DNA from: Nemertoderma westbladi
Lineage: Eukaryota > Animalia > Xenacoelomorpha
Reading direction: 5' to 3'
Assembly: GCA_032718475.1 (NCBI GenBank)
Contig: JAUCBJ010001630.1
Location: 1-54,753 of the forward strand
Length of the DNA stretch: 54,753 nt
A program made the translations under genes and the position numbers. Below, in pieces: positions 23,417 to 34,019 of this stretch. Numbering within the stretch: the stretch's first letter is position 1; each line of letters starts with the position of its first letter. The notes beneath the pieces are model-generated. The model ran no database searches, had not been told where the DNA came from, and saw nothing but the letters and a program-made list of their open reading frames with translations.

Positions 23417-23790
23417 AGTAATAGGGTCTTGGCCGGCTCGGTGACAGTTAGACCTCACTGACACCCATTGGGTGTCATATGACACCCTATTATCACCCAT
23501 AGGGTGTCATTGGCGCCAGACTGTCTGGGTGACACCTCCTAATTAGGCTAATTAGACCATAATTGACAGTTGTCATCAATTAATTAGTACAATTAAACCC
23601 TAATAGGTGTCTTAAGACTCCTAATTAGGGTTTAATTGATTATCCTAATTAATCAGACTGATTAGCGCCTTGACACACAATGGGTTATAGTGTTGTCTAA
23701 CTGTCACCTAGAGGACCAAGAGGGTGTCATAAGTGACACCGCAGCTCTTTTATTTATTCATACCTATTTATTTGTATTTAATTTTAATTA
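23417..23790 (+). repeat. Maverick-like terminal block, copy 2 (AGTAATAGGG start)
   Basis: Direct repeat of 2229-2600. Confidence 0.5.
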
Positions 23791-24668
23791 CCTTTACACA
23801 CTCAGCACTCCAGAAAAGTCATTGTCCAGATGATCGCAGAGAAATGCTTGAAGATCAGCAGCTACACAAACACTTACAGAACTGGTGACACTATTATAAT
23901 ATTGGTAGTAGTAAGATGAACCCATCCTCGGCGACAGTTTGGTCCTACTTCGCACCTTGGGTGTTAAGTAGGTCATTAATTAATCAACCAATTAATTAAT
24001 TGGTCGATTAAACAATTAATTAATTGTTTAATCAATCGATTTGTATCAAATAATGTTGCCAAAGGCAATTTAATTTGATACAAATCAATCAGATAGGGAC
24101 GCGAGATGAATAAATTGTACTACAACAAACGAAATATACAATACAATAGGCACTGTGCAATACAATATACAGTACATTTGTATTATTTTTGTCATACAGT
24201 AGAAGGTAAAGATAGAATTAAATAAATAGACGCAATCGAGGCCCAAAACATAAATTACCCTCACACAAAAATAAAGTGGCCCAGTTTGGCCCTGAGTCAT
24301 CCCTCAATAATCTGCGGTTGTTGGGCTCTTATTAACCGTAGCATGACTAACCCAAACATCAATGCATGAATGGGGCCTGCGTGAATGGGGCCTGCCACAG
24401 AGTTTAAATTATTCAAACCTATAGCTTCGTTATTACATCAATTCGTCCGAGAAATTATAATAAACATCTGCTCTTGCAATAGATTGCATTCTTCTTTCAC
24501 AACTCCATTCTAACCTCCCTCTATAATAGCCCCTAGTCACCGCATTCCCATTCATTCTCTAATTTTTATTTTTAAAAGTTTTATTTATTTTCATAAAAGT
24601 TTTATTTATTTAAAATTTTGTAAAATCATTCAGCGAAAATTCATAATATCAATTGACATTGCTATATA

Positions 24669-25718
24669 ATGCATAGAGATGAAAGATGTTTGGTTTGTAA
24701 TAAAGAAATGAGACAAGATAATCTATCTCGTCATATGGAAAGACATAGAAAGGATAAACTAATGGATCCATTACCAAAGAAATTTAAAAAATCCGAAGAT
24801 GTTTTTAGTGAAGATGAAAAGAAAAAGAGAGTTGAGCGTGATATTTTAAAGATAAAACAGACAATGGAAAATAAATTTCATAAAGTTATGAATATTTTGA
24901 AAGGGATACAAAAACAGTTACCCCTAGAAAATGATGAGAATTTGAGTGAGGAAGATGAAGAAGAAGAGGACGATGAGATGGAGAATGAAAATAGTGAGGG
25001 TCAAGATGAAGTTGAAGAGAGTGAAGTTGGGAACGAAGAAAGTGAAGATCAGAAAGATGACGAAGAAAGTGAAGGTCAGGAAGAGGGTGAAGATAGCGAA
25101 GGTCAGGAAGAGAATGAAGAAAGTGAAGAACAGGAAGAGGATGAAGAAAGTGAAGAACAGGAAGAGGATGAAGAAAGTGAAGAACAGGAAGAGGATGAAG
25201 AAAGTGAAGAACAGGAAGAGGATGAAGAAAGCGAAGGTCAGAAAGAGGATGAAGAAAGTGAAGGTCATGAAGAGGACGAAGAAAGTGAAGAACAGGAAGA
25301 CGACGAAGAAAGTGAAGGTCAGGAAAGTGAAGAAGATGATGAAAATGATAATAATAAGGAAATATTGAGACAATTACTTGGAAATAAGAATAAATTGCGG
25401 AAAATTATTAAACATTTAGAAGAGAATGGTGAAAATAAAGAAGAGATATTGAGACAAATATTAGGAAACAAAAATCAAATGCGGAAATTTATTAAACAAA
25501 TGGAAGAAAATGAGGAAAATAGAGAAGAGATATTAAGACAGGTTCTGGGAAATAAAAGTAAATTACTGAAAATTAATGAACAATTGAATAAAATTAAGAA
25601 ACTGTTGGTTAATGAGGAAGATGAAATTAAAGAAAATCAACCAGCTTTTACTTATTTTCGAAGACCTATGACAACAAACTCTCGTACAGTATTTGCCCGC
25701 GCAGGAGGACACTATTGA
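24669..25718 (+). CDS. C2H2-zinc-finger / acidic-repeat protein, 349 aa, intact
   Basis: CLVCNKEMRQDNLSRHMERH, basic PKKFKK patch, long E/D/S tract, C-terminal helical ILRQxxGNK repeats. Confidence 0.8.
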   Translation: MHRDERCLVCNKEMRQDNLSRHMERHRKDKLMDPLPKKFKKSEDVFSEDEKKKRVERDILKIKQTMENKFHKVMNILKGIQKQLPLENDENLSEEDEEEEDDEMENENSEGQDEVEESEVGNEESEDQKDDEESEGQEEGEDSEGQEENEESEEQEEDEESEEQEEDEESEEQEEDEESEEQEEDEESEGQKEDEESEGHEEDEESEEQEDDEESEGQESEEDDENDNNKEILRQLLGNKNKLRKIIKHLEENGENKEEILRQILGNKNQMRKFIKQMEENEENREEILRQVLGNKSKLLKINEQLNKIKKLLVNEEDEIKENQPAFTYFRRPMTTNSRTVFARAGGHY

Positions 25719-26127
25719 CATTTGTTTGTTTGAGTTCCTTTCATAATAGTATTAAAACTATTTATCCATAACAATTATATTAGTATTAGGACTATTTATC
25801 CATAACATTTATATTAGTATTAGGATTATTTATCCTTAATTATTATATTAGTATTATAAATGTATTTGCCAACAATATTTATTACTATTAGGTCTATTTA
25901 TTCAAGAAATTATATGTTTTTTATAATATATTTTGGAAAATTAGTCGACTAAGTCATAATTTTTAAAACTTTAAATAAGGGTGGAGTTATTTTATAAAGT
26001 TAAGAAGAGTGAATCAATGGAGGCAACCTGAAGTCTCATCTCTTGCCCTTTACTCATAAGACCGCACGTTAACTCCCAAGGTTGCATACTATCACTATAG
26101 CTGGGAGAGTCAAAGCTAGTGTACAGG

Positions 26128-26972
26128 AGTGAGGGAAGTGAGGCAGTGAGGAAGTGAGGGAAGTGAGGGAATGAGGGAGGCAGTGAGGCATAGTGAGGCA
26201 GTGAGGCGTAGTGAGGGAAGTGAGGGAAGTGAGGCAGTGAGGCATAGTGAGGCATAGTGAGGCATAGTGAGGCAGTGAGGCATAGTGAGGCATAGTGAGG
26301 CATAGTGAGGGAAGTGAGGGAAGTGAGGCATAGTGAGGCAGTGAGGCATAGTGAGGCAGTGAGGCATAGTGAGGCATAGTGAGGCATAGTGAGGCATAGT
26401 GAGGCATAGTGAGGCATAGTGAGGCAGTGAGGCAGTGAGGCAGTGAGGCATAGTGAGGCATAGTGAGGCATAGTGAGGCAGTGAGGCAGTGAGGCATAGT
26501 GAGGCATAGCGAGGCATATTGAGGCATAGTGAGGCATAGTGAGGCATAGTGAGGCATAGTGAGGCATAGTGAGGCATAGTGAGGCATAGTGAGGCATAGT
26601 GAGGCATAGTGAGGCAGTGAGGCAGTGAGGCATAGTGAGGCATAGTGAGGCATAGTGAGGCATAGTGAGGCAGTGAGGCAGTGAGGCATAGTGAGGCATA
26701 GTGAGGCATATTGAGGCATAGTGAGGCATAGTGAGGCAGTGAGGCAGTGAGGCATAGTGAGGCATAGCGAGGCATAGTGAGGCATAGTGAGGCATAGTGA
26801 GGCATAGTGAGGCATAGTGAGGCATAGTGAGGCATAGTGAGGCATAGTGAGGCATAGTGAGGCATAGTGAGGCATAGTGAGGCATAGTGAGGCATAGTGA
26901 GGCATAGTGAGGCATAGTGAGGCATAGTGAGGCAGTGAGGCATAGTGAGGCATAGTGAGGCATAGTGAGGCA
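26128..26972 (+). repeat. 10-bp satellite (AGTGAGGCAT)n with 8-bp AGTGAGGC and 9-bp AGTGAGGGA variants
   Basis: Direct reading of the array. Confidence 0.95.
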
Positions 26973-27035
26973 GAGCCTCACTATCTGATAGTGATGATCT
27001 CATCATCACTATCACTCAGCTTCTCTATCTCTATT

Positions 27036-27884
27036 CTATATCTTTTCTTCCATTTGTTTAATAAATTTCCGCATTTGATTTTTGTTTCCTAATATTTGTC
27101 TCAATATCTCTTCTTTATTTTCACCATTCTCTTCTAAATGTTTAATAATTTTCCGCAATTTATTCTTATTTCCAAGTAATTGTCTCAATATTTCCTTATT
27201 ATTATCATTTTCATCATCTTCTTCACTTTCCTGACCTTCACTTTCTTCGTCGTCTTCCTGTTCTTCACTTTCTTCGTCCTCTTCATGACCTTCACTTTCT
27301 TCATCCTCTTTCTGACCTTCGCTTTCTTCATCCTCTTCCTGTTCTTCACTTTCTTCATCCTCTTCCTGTTCTTCACTTTCTTCATCCTCTTCCTGTTCTT
27401 CACTTTCTTCATCCTCTTCCTGTTCTTCACTTTCTTCATTCTCTTCCTGACCTTCGCTATCTTCACCCTCTTCCTGACCTTCACTTTCTTCGTCATCTTT
27501 CTGATCTTCACTTTCTTCGTTCCCAACTTCACTCTCTTCAACTTCATCTTGACCCTCACTATTTTCATTCTCCATCTCATCGTCCTCTTCTTCTTCATCT
27601 TCCTCACTCAAATTCTCATCATTTTCTAGGGGTAACTGTTTTTGTATCCCTTTCAAAATATTCATAACTTTATGAAATTTATTTTCCATTGTCTGTTTTA
27701 TCTTTAAAATATCACGCTCAACTCTCTTTTTCTTTTCATCTTCACTAAAAACATCTTCGGATTTTTTAAATTTCTTTGGTAATGGATCCATTAGTTTATC
27801 CTTTCTATGTCTTTCCATATGACGAGATAGATTATCTTGTCTCATTTCTTTATTACAAACCAAACATCTTTCATCTCTATGCAT
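27036..27884 (-). pseudogene. Inverted, C-terminally truncated copy of the ZnF/acidic ORF
   Basis: Translation identical to 24669-25718 for ~280 aa, then ends at the arm junction. Confidence 0.85.
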
Positions 27885-28645
27885 TATATAGCAATGTCAA
27901 TTGATATTATGAATTTTCGCTGAATGATTTTACAAAATTTTAAATAAATAAAACTTTTATGAAAATAAATAAAACTTTTAAAAATAAAAATTAGAGAATG
28001 AATGGGAATGCGGTGACTAGGGGCTATTATAGAGGGAGGTTAGAATGGAGTTGTGAAAGAAGAATGCAATCTATTGCAAGAGCAGATGTTTATTATAATT
28101 TCTCGGACGAATTGATGTAATAGCGAGGCTGTGGGTTTGAATAATTTAAGCTCTATCGCAGGCCCCATTCACGCAGGCCCCATTCACGCATTGATGTTTG
28201 GGTTAGTCATGCTACGGTTAATAAGAGCCCGAGCAGCCGCAGATTATTGAGGGATGACTCGGGGCTCAAACTGGGCCACTTTATTTTTGGGTGAGGGTAA
28301 TTTATGTTTTGGGCCCCGCTCGTGTCTTTATATTTAATTCTACCTTTACCTACTGTATGGCAAAAATAATACAAATGTATTGTATATTATATTGCACAGT
28401 GCCTATTGTGTTGTATATTTCATTTGTTGTAGTACAATTTATTCATCTCGCGTCCCTATCTGATTGATTTGTATCAAATTAAATTGCCTTTGGCAACATT
28501 ATTTGATACAAATCGATTGATTAAACAATTAATTAATTGTTTAATCGACCAATTAATTAATTGGTTGATTAATTAATGACCTACTTAACACCCAAGGTGC
28601 GAAGTAGGACCAAACTGTCGCCGAGGATGGGTTCATCTTACTACT

Positions 28646-29520
28646 ATTGGTAATAGGCCTACTGGTAACACTATTAAAATATTGGTAATACCTGTAACCC
28701 TATTATAATATTGGGAATACTGGTAACCCTATTATAATATTGGTAATACTGGTAACACTATAATAATATTGGTAATACTGGTTACCCTATTATAATATTG
28801 GTAATACTGTTAACCCTATTATAATATTGGTAAAACTGGTAACCCTATTATAATATTGGTAATACTGGTAACCCTATTATAATATTGGAAATACTGGTAA
28901 CCCTATTATAATATTGGTAATACTGGTAACACTATTATAATATTGGTAATACTGGTAACACTATTATAATATTGGTAATACTGGTAACCCTATTATAATA
29001 TTGGTAATACTGGTAACCCTATTATAATATTGGTAATACTGGTAACCCTATTATAATATTGGTAATACTGGTAACCCTATTATAATATTGGAAATACTGG
29101 TAACCCTATTATAATATTGTTAATACCGGTAACCCTATTATAATATTGGTAATACTGGTAACCCTATTATAATATTGGTAATACTGGTAACACTATTATA
29201 ACAATGGTTATACAAGTAACCCTATTATAATATTGGTAATACTGGTAACACTATTATAACAATGGTAATACTGGTAACCCTATTATAATATTGTTAATAC
29301 TGGTAACCCTATTATAATATTGGTAATACTGGTAACCCTATTATAATATTGGTAATACTGGTAACACTATTATAACAATGGTAATACTGGTAACCCTATT
29401 ATAATATTGGTAATACTGGTAACCCTATTATGATATTGGTAATACTGATAACCCTATTATAATATTGGAAATACTGGTAACCCTATTATAATATAGGTAA
29501 TACTGGTAACCCTATTATAA
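28646..29520 (-). repeat. 29-bp minisatellite, ~30 units, inverted relative to 22625-22880
   Basis: GGTAATACTGGTAACCCTATTATAATATT units. Confidence 0.9.
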
Positions 29521-29579
29521 ATAATAAGGTAGGCCCCTACTACTTCGCCCCGTCGACACCCCCTGTCATATTTAATTCC

Positions 29580-31270
29580 TGTGGCAGCCCCACATACATT
29601 ATACAGTCTCAAAACTTTGTTATTATGGTTGCCTAGCAACCCTAGAGATGAAGTCTAGGCCGACCTACAGAATTGTACCACTGTACTGCAGTATGCCCTC
29701 AGCAATCACTCGAACTTGAGTTTTCATACGTTTTCGTTTCGTGGCTGGACGCCATCCCCACATTGGTGACCCAGCGTCTCAAGACGAACTCTTGAGACCG
29801 CGACTCGCAACACGATCCTGCAATCGAACAGGCTGACTGGAACAGCAACCGAAACTGTGTTGACGACAATCAGACAATGGCCGAAGCAACCGCCAACGCC
29901 GTTTCTATTAAACTGCCTCCGTTCTGGACCACCCAACCCGAGGTGTGGTTCGCCCAGGCGGAGGTGCAGTTCCACATTCGGAGCATCACCAAGGACGCTA
30001 CAAAATATTATTACGTGGTGGGGGCCCTCGAACAGGAGACAGCCGCTCGCCTCCTAAAATTCATCCGGAACCCTCCCACTACTGATAAGTACCTCAAACT
30101 CAAGCGCCAACTTCTCAAGGCCTTCGGGCTCTCCCGACGCGAGCGCGCAGCCCGACTCTGGGACCTCGACGGCCTCGGTGACCGGCGCCCCTCGCAACTC
30201 CTCGGAGAAATGTAGGCGCTCCTCGGCGACGACAACGCGGGACTCATCTTCGAGGAGGCTTTCCTCCGGCAGATGCCCACCGCAATCCACCTCCAACTCG
30301 CGGAAGAGGACTTCCACGACCTCAACAGGATTGCGGACCGGGCCGACGCGCTGTGGGAGGCCTCCCGGCAGACCTCACTCGCTGCCCACACCATCAGGAA
30401 ACCGACACCGGTCCCGCCGCAGCGAACCAGCAAGAACTCCTTGTCGGCGTCGACTCCCGCCCCGCGGGCCCCGAACTCGAACCTGGACTGGTGCTATTAT
30501 CACCAGACGTTCGGCCCCACAGCCAGGAAGTCCCGCCCGCCCTGCAGTTACCAGGGAAACGCCCCGGCCGGCCGTTTGTAGCAGCTACAACGGCCGGCCA
30601 CACCGACCTGCTGCTGTTTGCCTGGGACCGCGTTTCCGGGAAACGCATCTTGGTCGATACCGGGGCGGAGGTAAGCGTTATTCCCGCGACGACTCGCGAG
30701 GAACGTTCGGGACAGAGCGGGCCACCCCTCCTCGCCGCCAACAAAACGTACATTCGAACGTACGGCGACCACTCCGTCAAACTCGACTTCCACTCTCGCC
30801 GGTTCCAGTGGAAGTTTATCGCGGCCGACGTCGCCCAGCCTCTCCTCGGAGCCGACTTCCTCCAAGCAAACAACATCAGAACAACAGAGGCCGCCGTCTG
30901 GTCGACGCCGAGACGTTGACCTCGATCCCGTGTGGGCGGACTACGGGCCACGCCCCCCACCTCGGTTCTGTCACCGCCTCGGACGACGAGTTCGCTCGGC
31001 TCCTCGCCGAGTTCCCCGATATTACGATCCCTCGGTTCTCCGACCCCACCGCGAAACACGGGTTTGAACATTACATCCCCACCGAGGGATCCCCGGTCTA
31101 CTCCCGCGCCCGTCGTCTGCCTCCAGACAATCTCGAGATTGCGCGGGACGAGTTCCGGAAGATGGAGGAGATGGGGATCATCCGCTGGTCCAACAGTCCC
31201 TGGGCGTTACCCCTCCACATGGCCCCTAAACCCTCGGGTGGATGGCGGCCGTGTGGCGACAACCGACGCC
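29580..31270 (+). mobile_element. 5' fragment of a Gypsy LTR retrotransposon (LTR ~29580-29762, PBS TGGTGACCC at 29764, gag, protease, start of RT)
   Basis: TGTGG...CCACA LTR; gag KLPPFW...WFAQAE with premature TAG at ~30213 and WCYYH...PPC end; LVDTGAEVS protease; SPWALPLHMAPKPSGGWRPCGD RT start; truncated. Confidence 0.9.
30554..30560 (+). other. -1 ribosomal frameshift slippery site G GGA AAC at the gag/pol overlap
   Basis: XXXYYYZ heptamer just before the gag stop (30581), followed by GC-rich stem-forming sequence; the protease ORF is in the -1 frame. Confidence 0.7.
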
Positions 31271-31274
31271 ACGA

Positions 31275-31916
31275 CTCCGGACCCAAGTCTCTGATCGGAT
31301 GAGCATAAGCTCAAAGGATGGTATGCTTGAGCATGTGGACGACTTCTGTTACCTGGGATCATGGATCCGGAAGTCAGGTGAGGACCTTCGAATACGTAAG
31401 GGAAAGGCATGGGCAGCCTTGAATAGGCTTTCCAGGATTTGGAAGTCACCGAGAATTAATCAGAAACTTAAGGTCCGATTATTTAGAGCAGCACTAGTTC
31501 CAGTACTCCTCTACGGGAGTCCATGCTGGGCTCTAACTGCTGAGGACACCAAATCTCTGGATGGCACATTCACAAGAATGCTACGCCGGGTTCATAGTGT
31601 CAAGTACAATGCACACATCTCCAACCAGACACTATATAACATTGGAGGTGTCTCATTGGTTCCCCCAAGCTTGACACTAGAACAAAATCGCCTCCGCTTT
31701 GCAGGACATTGCTTTCACCGTGAGGACCAGCCAGTGCATAATCTTGTACTTTGGCAGCCTCATGGAGCGAATAAGCATGGTGGACAGCCCATGACTTTCT
31801 TGAGACGCATCTTAAAGGACACTGGCCTTAAAGATGCGGATGATCTAGCAAATGTCATGGGTGATAGGGAGTTGTGGCGGTGCAATTTTGTTGACAAGCC
31901 GGCACAGCATTCTTAA
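31275..31916 (+). mobile_element. 3' fragment of an RTE-like non-LTR retrotransposon ORF2
   Basis: LEHVDDFCYLGS...RIRKGKAW...IWKS...KVRLFRA...VLLYGS..W.L...RMLRR post-RT motifs. Confidence 0.85.
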
Positions 31917-31939
31917 AAATGCAGCTGCAATGCAGCATG

Positions 31940-32420
31940 CCGATCCTAGTAGTAGTAATTTCTTAAAAGCATTAATTAAAAATAATATTCTAGATACCTC
32001 TAATTACCCCAAGGATCACCCTCTCTACAGCGATAAAAATAAATCCAGACTCTATTACTGTAAAGATGAACTAGCCTCACGTGAAATTAAACAAGCAGTA
32101 TTTTCACGTCCAAAGAAGTTATATTCAATTTTGGAATGGAATAACAAAAATATTCATAGAGCGAAAGGAATAACAAGAGCTATCGTGGATAAAAATATTT
32201 GCCACGAAGATTATTTAAGAGCATATAAGGATAACGAAGAAATTTCCAAGGAAACGCATCAATTTCAGAGTCAATTACACAAAGTGTACACTGTAGCACG
32301 AGATAAGTTTGCTCTCAGCGCATTTGACGATAAACTTTATTGGGTTAATATAAATCATTCACTTCCCTGGGGTCACTATCAAACAAAGGTTGTAAAACCA
32401 ATTAAAAAAAAAATATACCT
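31940..32420 (+). pseudogene. polB: C-terminal remnant of protein-primed family B DNA polymerase
   Basis: DTSNYPKDHPLYS..NK....KDE...RPK..YS...RAKG...LSAFDDK...PWGHY motifs; N-terminal part missing. Confidence 0.85.
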
Positions 32421-32439
32421 ATTTATCGGGAACCAAACA

Positions 32440-32994
32440 ATGAACTATCAGATAGTTAATAAGAATGTAAGTTGCCAGCAAGTGTCAGCGATTAATTTGA
32501 AAGAATTAAAAAATCAATTATCTGGTAAACATATACTCAAACCAAATCAGTTTATATATAAGATATTTGGTGCCACATTATTAATATTTAAAAATGGTCG
32601 TATTACATTATTAGGTAGTAAGTATAATTTCCAAAAAGTAAAAAAGCATATATTTGATAAAACAAGTATTAATTTGATTTTAAAATCTGTTAATTTATGT
32701 ACTTATATTTTTAGTATTAACTCTGTAGTCTATAGGTTATTGATAAACAATACCGGGTTTTATGTTGTCTTTGATAATGTACAACTTCAAGTTATATATG
32801 AACCTGAAATTTTTAATAATTGCAAAATAAGAATAAATAATACCGTAGTCATTTGCTGCTTTCATACCGGTAAATGTACTTTAATGTGTTCACCTAGCAA
32901 ATTTCACATTTATTACCCTATATTTAGTAAACTGGTTAATTATTTATTAATGTTTGGTGTTGTGACTTTAGGTGTAGAATATATTGGTAATTAG
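32440..32994 (+). CDS. TATA-box-binding-protein (TBP)-like protein, 184 aa
   Basis: Two pseudo-repeats: IVN...S...INLKEL...ATLLIFKNGRITLLGSK and YEPEIF...RI...V.CCFHTGKCTL, matching TBP TALIFSSGKMVCTGAK and YEPELF...LLIFVSGKVVL. Confidence 0.8.
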   Translation: MNYQIVNKNVSCQQVSAINLKELKNQLSGKHILKPNQFIYKIFGATLLIFKNGRITLLGSKYNFQKVKKHIFDKTSINLILKSVNLCTYIFSINSVVYRLLINNTGFYVVFDNVQLQVIYEPEIFNNCKIRINNTVVICCFHTGKCTLMCSPSKFHIYYPIFSKLVNYLLMFGVVTLGVEYIGN

Positions 32995-33132
32995 AAGGTG
33001 AAAATTAAGTATTATTATTTTTCAATCGATCTATCGGTAGTTAGGGAAAACTAACCTCGTTTGAATAAGCATGACTCTCACAGGCTGACTGCGTGCCTAG
33101 CTGACAGTAGCTGCGAGGCTGACTGTGTGACT

Positions 33133-34019
33133 AGCTGCGAGGTTGACCACATCCCAGCAGCGTGGCTGACTGCGCACACATCTGATTGTAACTGGTTCAC
33201 GATATTGTATACATTGGCTTAGTTTGTTACTGCAGGTACTGTTACATTAATACTGTAGTACCGGTACAGCAGTACAATGCTAATAGAAGGAAATCAGTAT
33301 GCTCTACAACAACAGTGAAAGTACTGCAGTACTGTATTGTTTGGGTAGGTGATCTAATCCCTGTATGTGAGACCCATGCGTGCAATCCAGGTCATGACTG
33401 CAGTATGCTAATCAAGGTTCGGGTAGACTGCAGTATCCTTATAGGTGAAAAAAAACAAATACTATTGCATCAGATTACTGCTGTACTGATACCTGTAGGC
33501 CGCGACTACAGTGTTGGAAGAGTAAAACACTGTCGGTACTGATAAAGTGGGTGACAGTTGTGGATAGGAGCTGCGAGGTTGACTGCATCCCAGCAGCGTG
33601 GCTGACTGCGTACACATCTGATTGTAACTGGCTCACGATATTGTATACATTGGCTTAGTTTGTTACTGCAGGTACTGTTACATTAATACTGTAGTATCGG
33701 TACTGCAGTACAATGCTAATAGAAGGAAATCAGTATGCTCTATCTGACTATACTGTTACAACAACAGTGAAAGTATGGCAGTACTGTATTGTTTGGCTAG
33801 GTGATCTAATCCCTACATGTGAGACCCATGCGTGCAATCCAGGTCATGACTGCAGTATGCTAATCAAAGTTCGGGTAGACTGCAGTATCCTTATAGGTGA
33901 AAAAAACAAATACTATTGCATCAGATTACTGCTGTACTGATACCGGTAGACCACGACTACAGTGTTGGAAGAGTAAAACACTACCGGTACTGATAAAGTG
34001 GATGACAGTTGTGGATAGG
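33133..34019. repeat. Two ~440-bp tandem units in the Maverick intergenic region
   Basis: AGCTGCGAGGTTGAC...GTTGTGGATAGG starting at 33133 and 33569. Confidence 0.9.

Larger units (their letters stand above)
23907..28645. mobile_element. Non-autonomous Maverick/Polinton derivative, 4739 bp, with 1.6-kb inverted arms
   Basis: Ends AGTAGTAAGATG...CATCTTACTACT, 6-bp TSD ATTGGT (23901-23906 and 28646-28651), arms 23907-25510 and 27043-28645. Confidence 0.85.

Noticed and set aside
25992-27015. Three ~300-aa MPHYASLCLT-repeat ORFs
   Set aside because: Translation of the stop-free strand of the 10-bp satellite
22625-29520. 29-bp and 22-bp arrays as CRISPR arrays
   Set aside because: Contiguous tandem units with no unique spacers, no cas genes, eukaryotic context
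28646-29520. Telomeric repeat (TAGGGTTA within the 29-mer)
   Set aside because: One partial motif per unit, not a (TTAGGG)n tract
30011-31071. Several overlapping minus-strand ORFs
   Set aside because: GC-rich antisense shadows of Gypsy gag-pol
33315-33940. Two similar 75-aa Cys-containing ORFs
   Set aside because: Products of the 440-bp tandem duplication with inconsistent starts and ends
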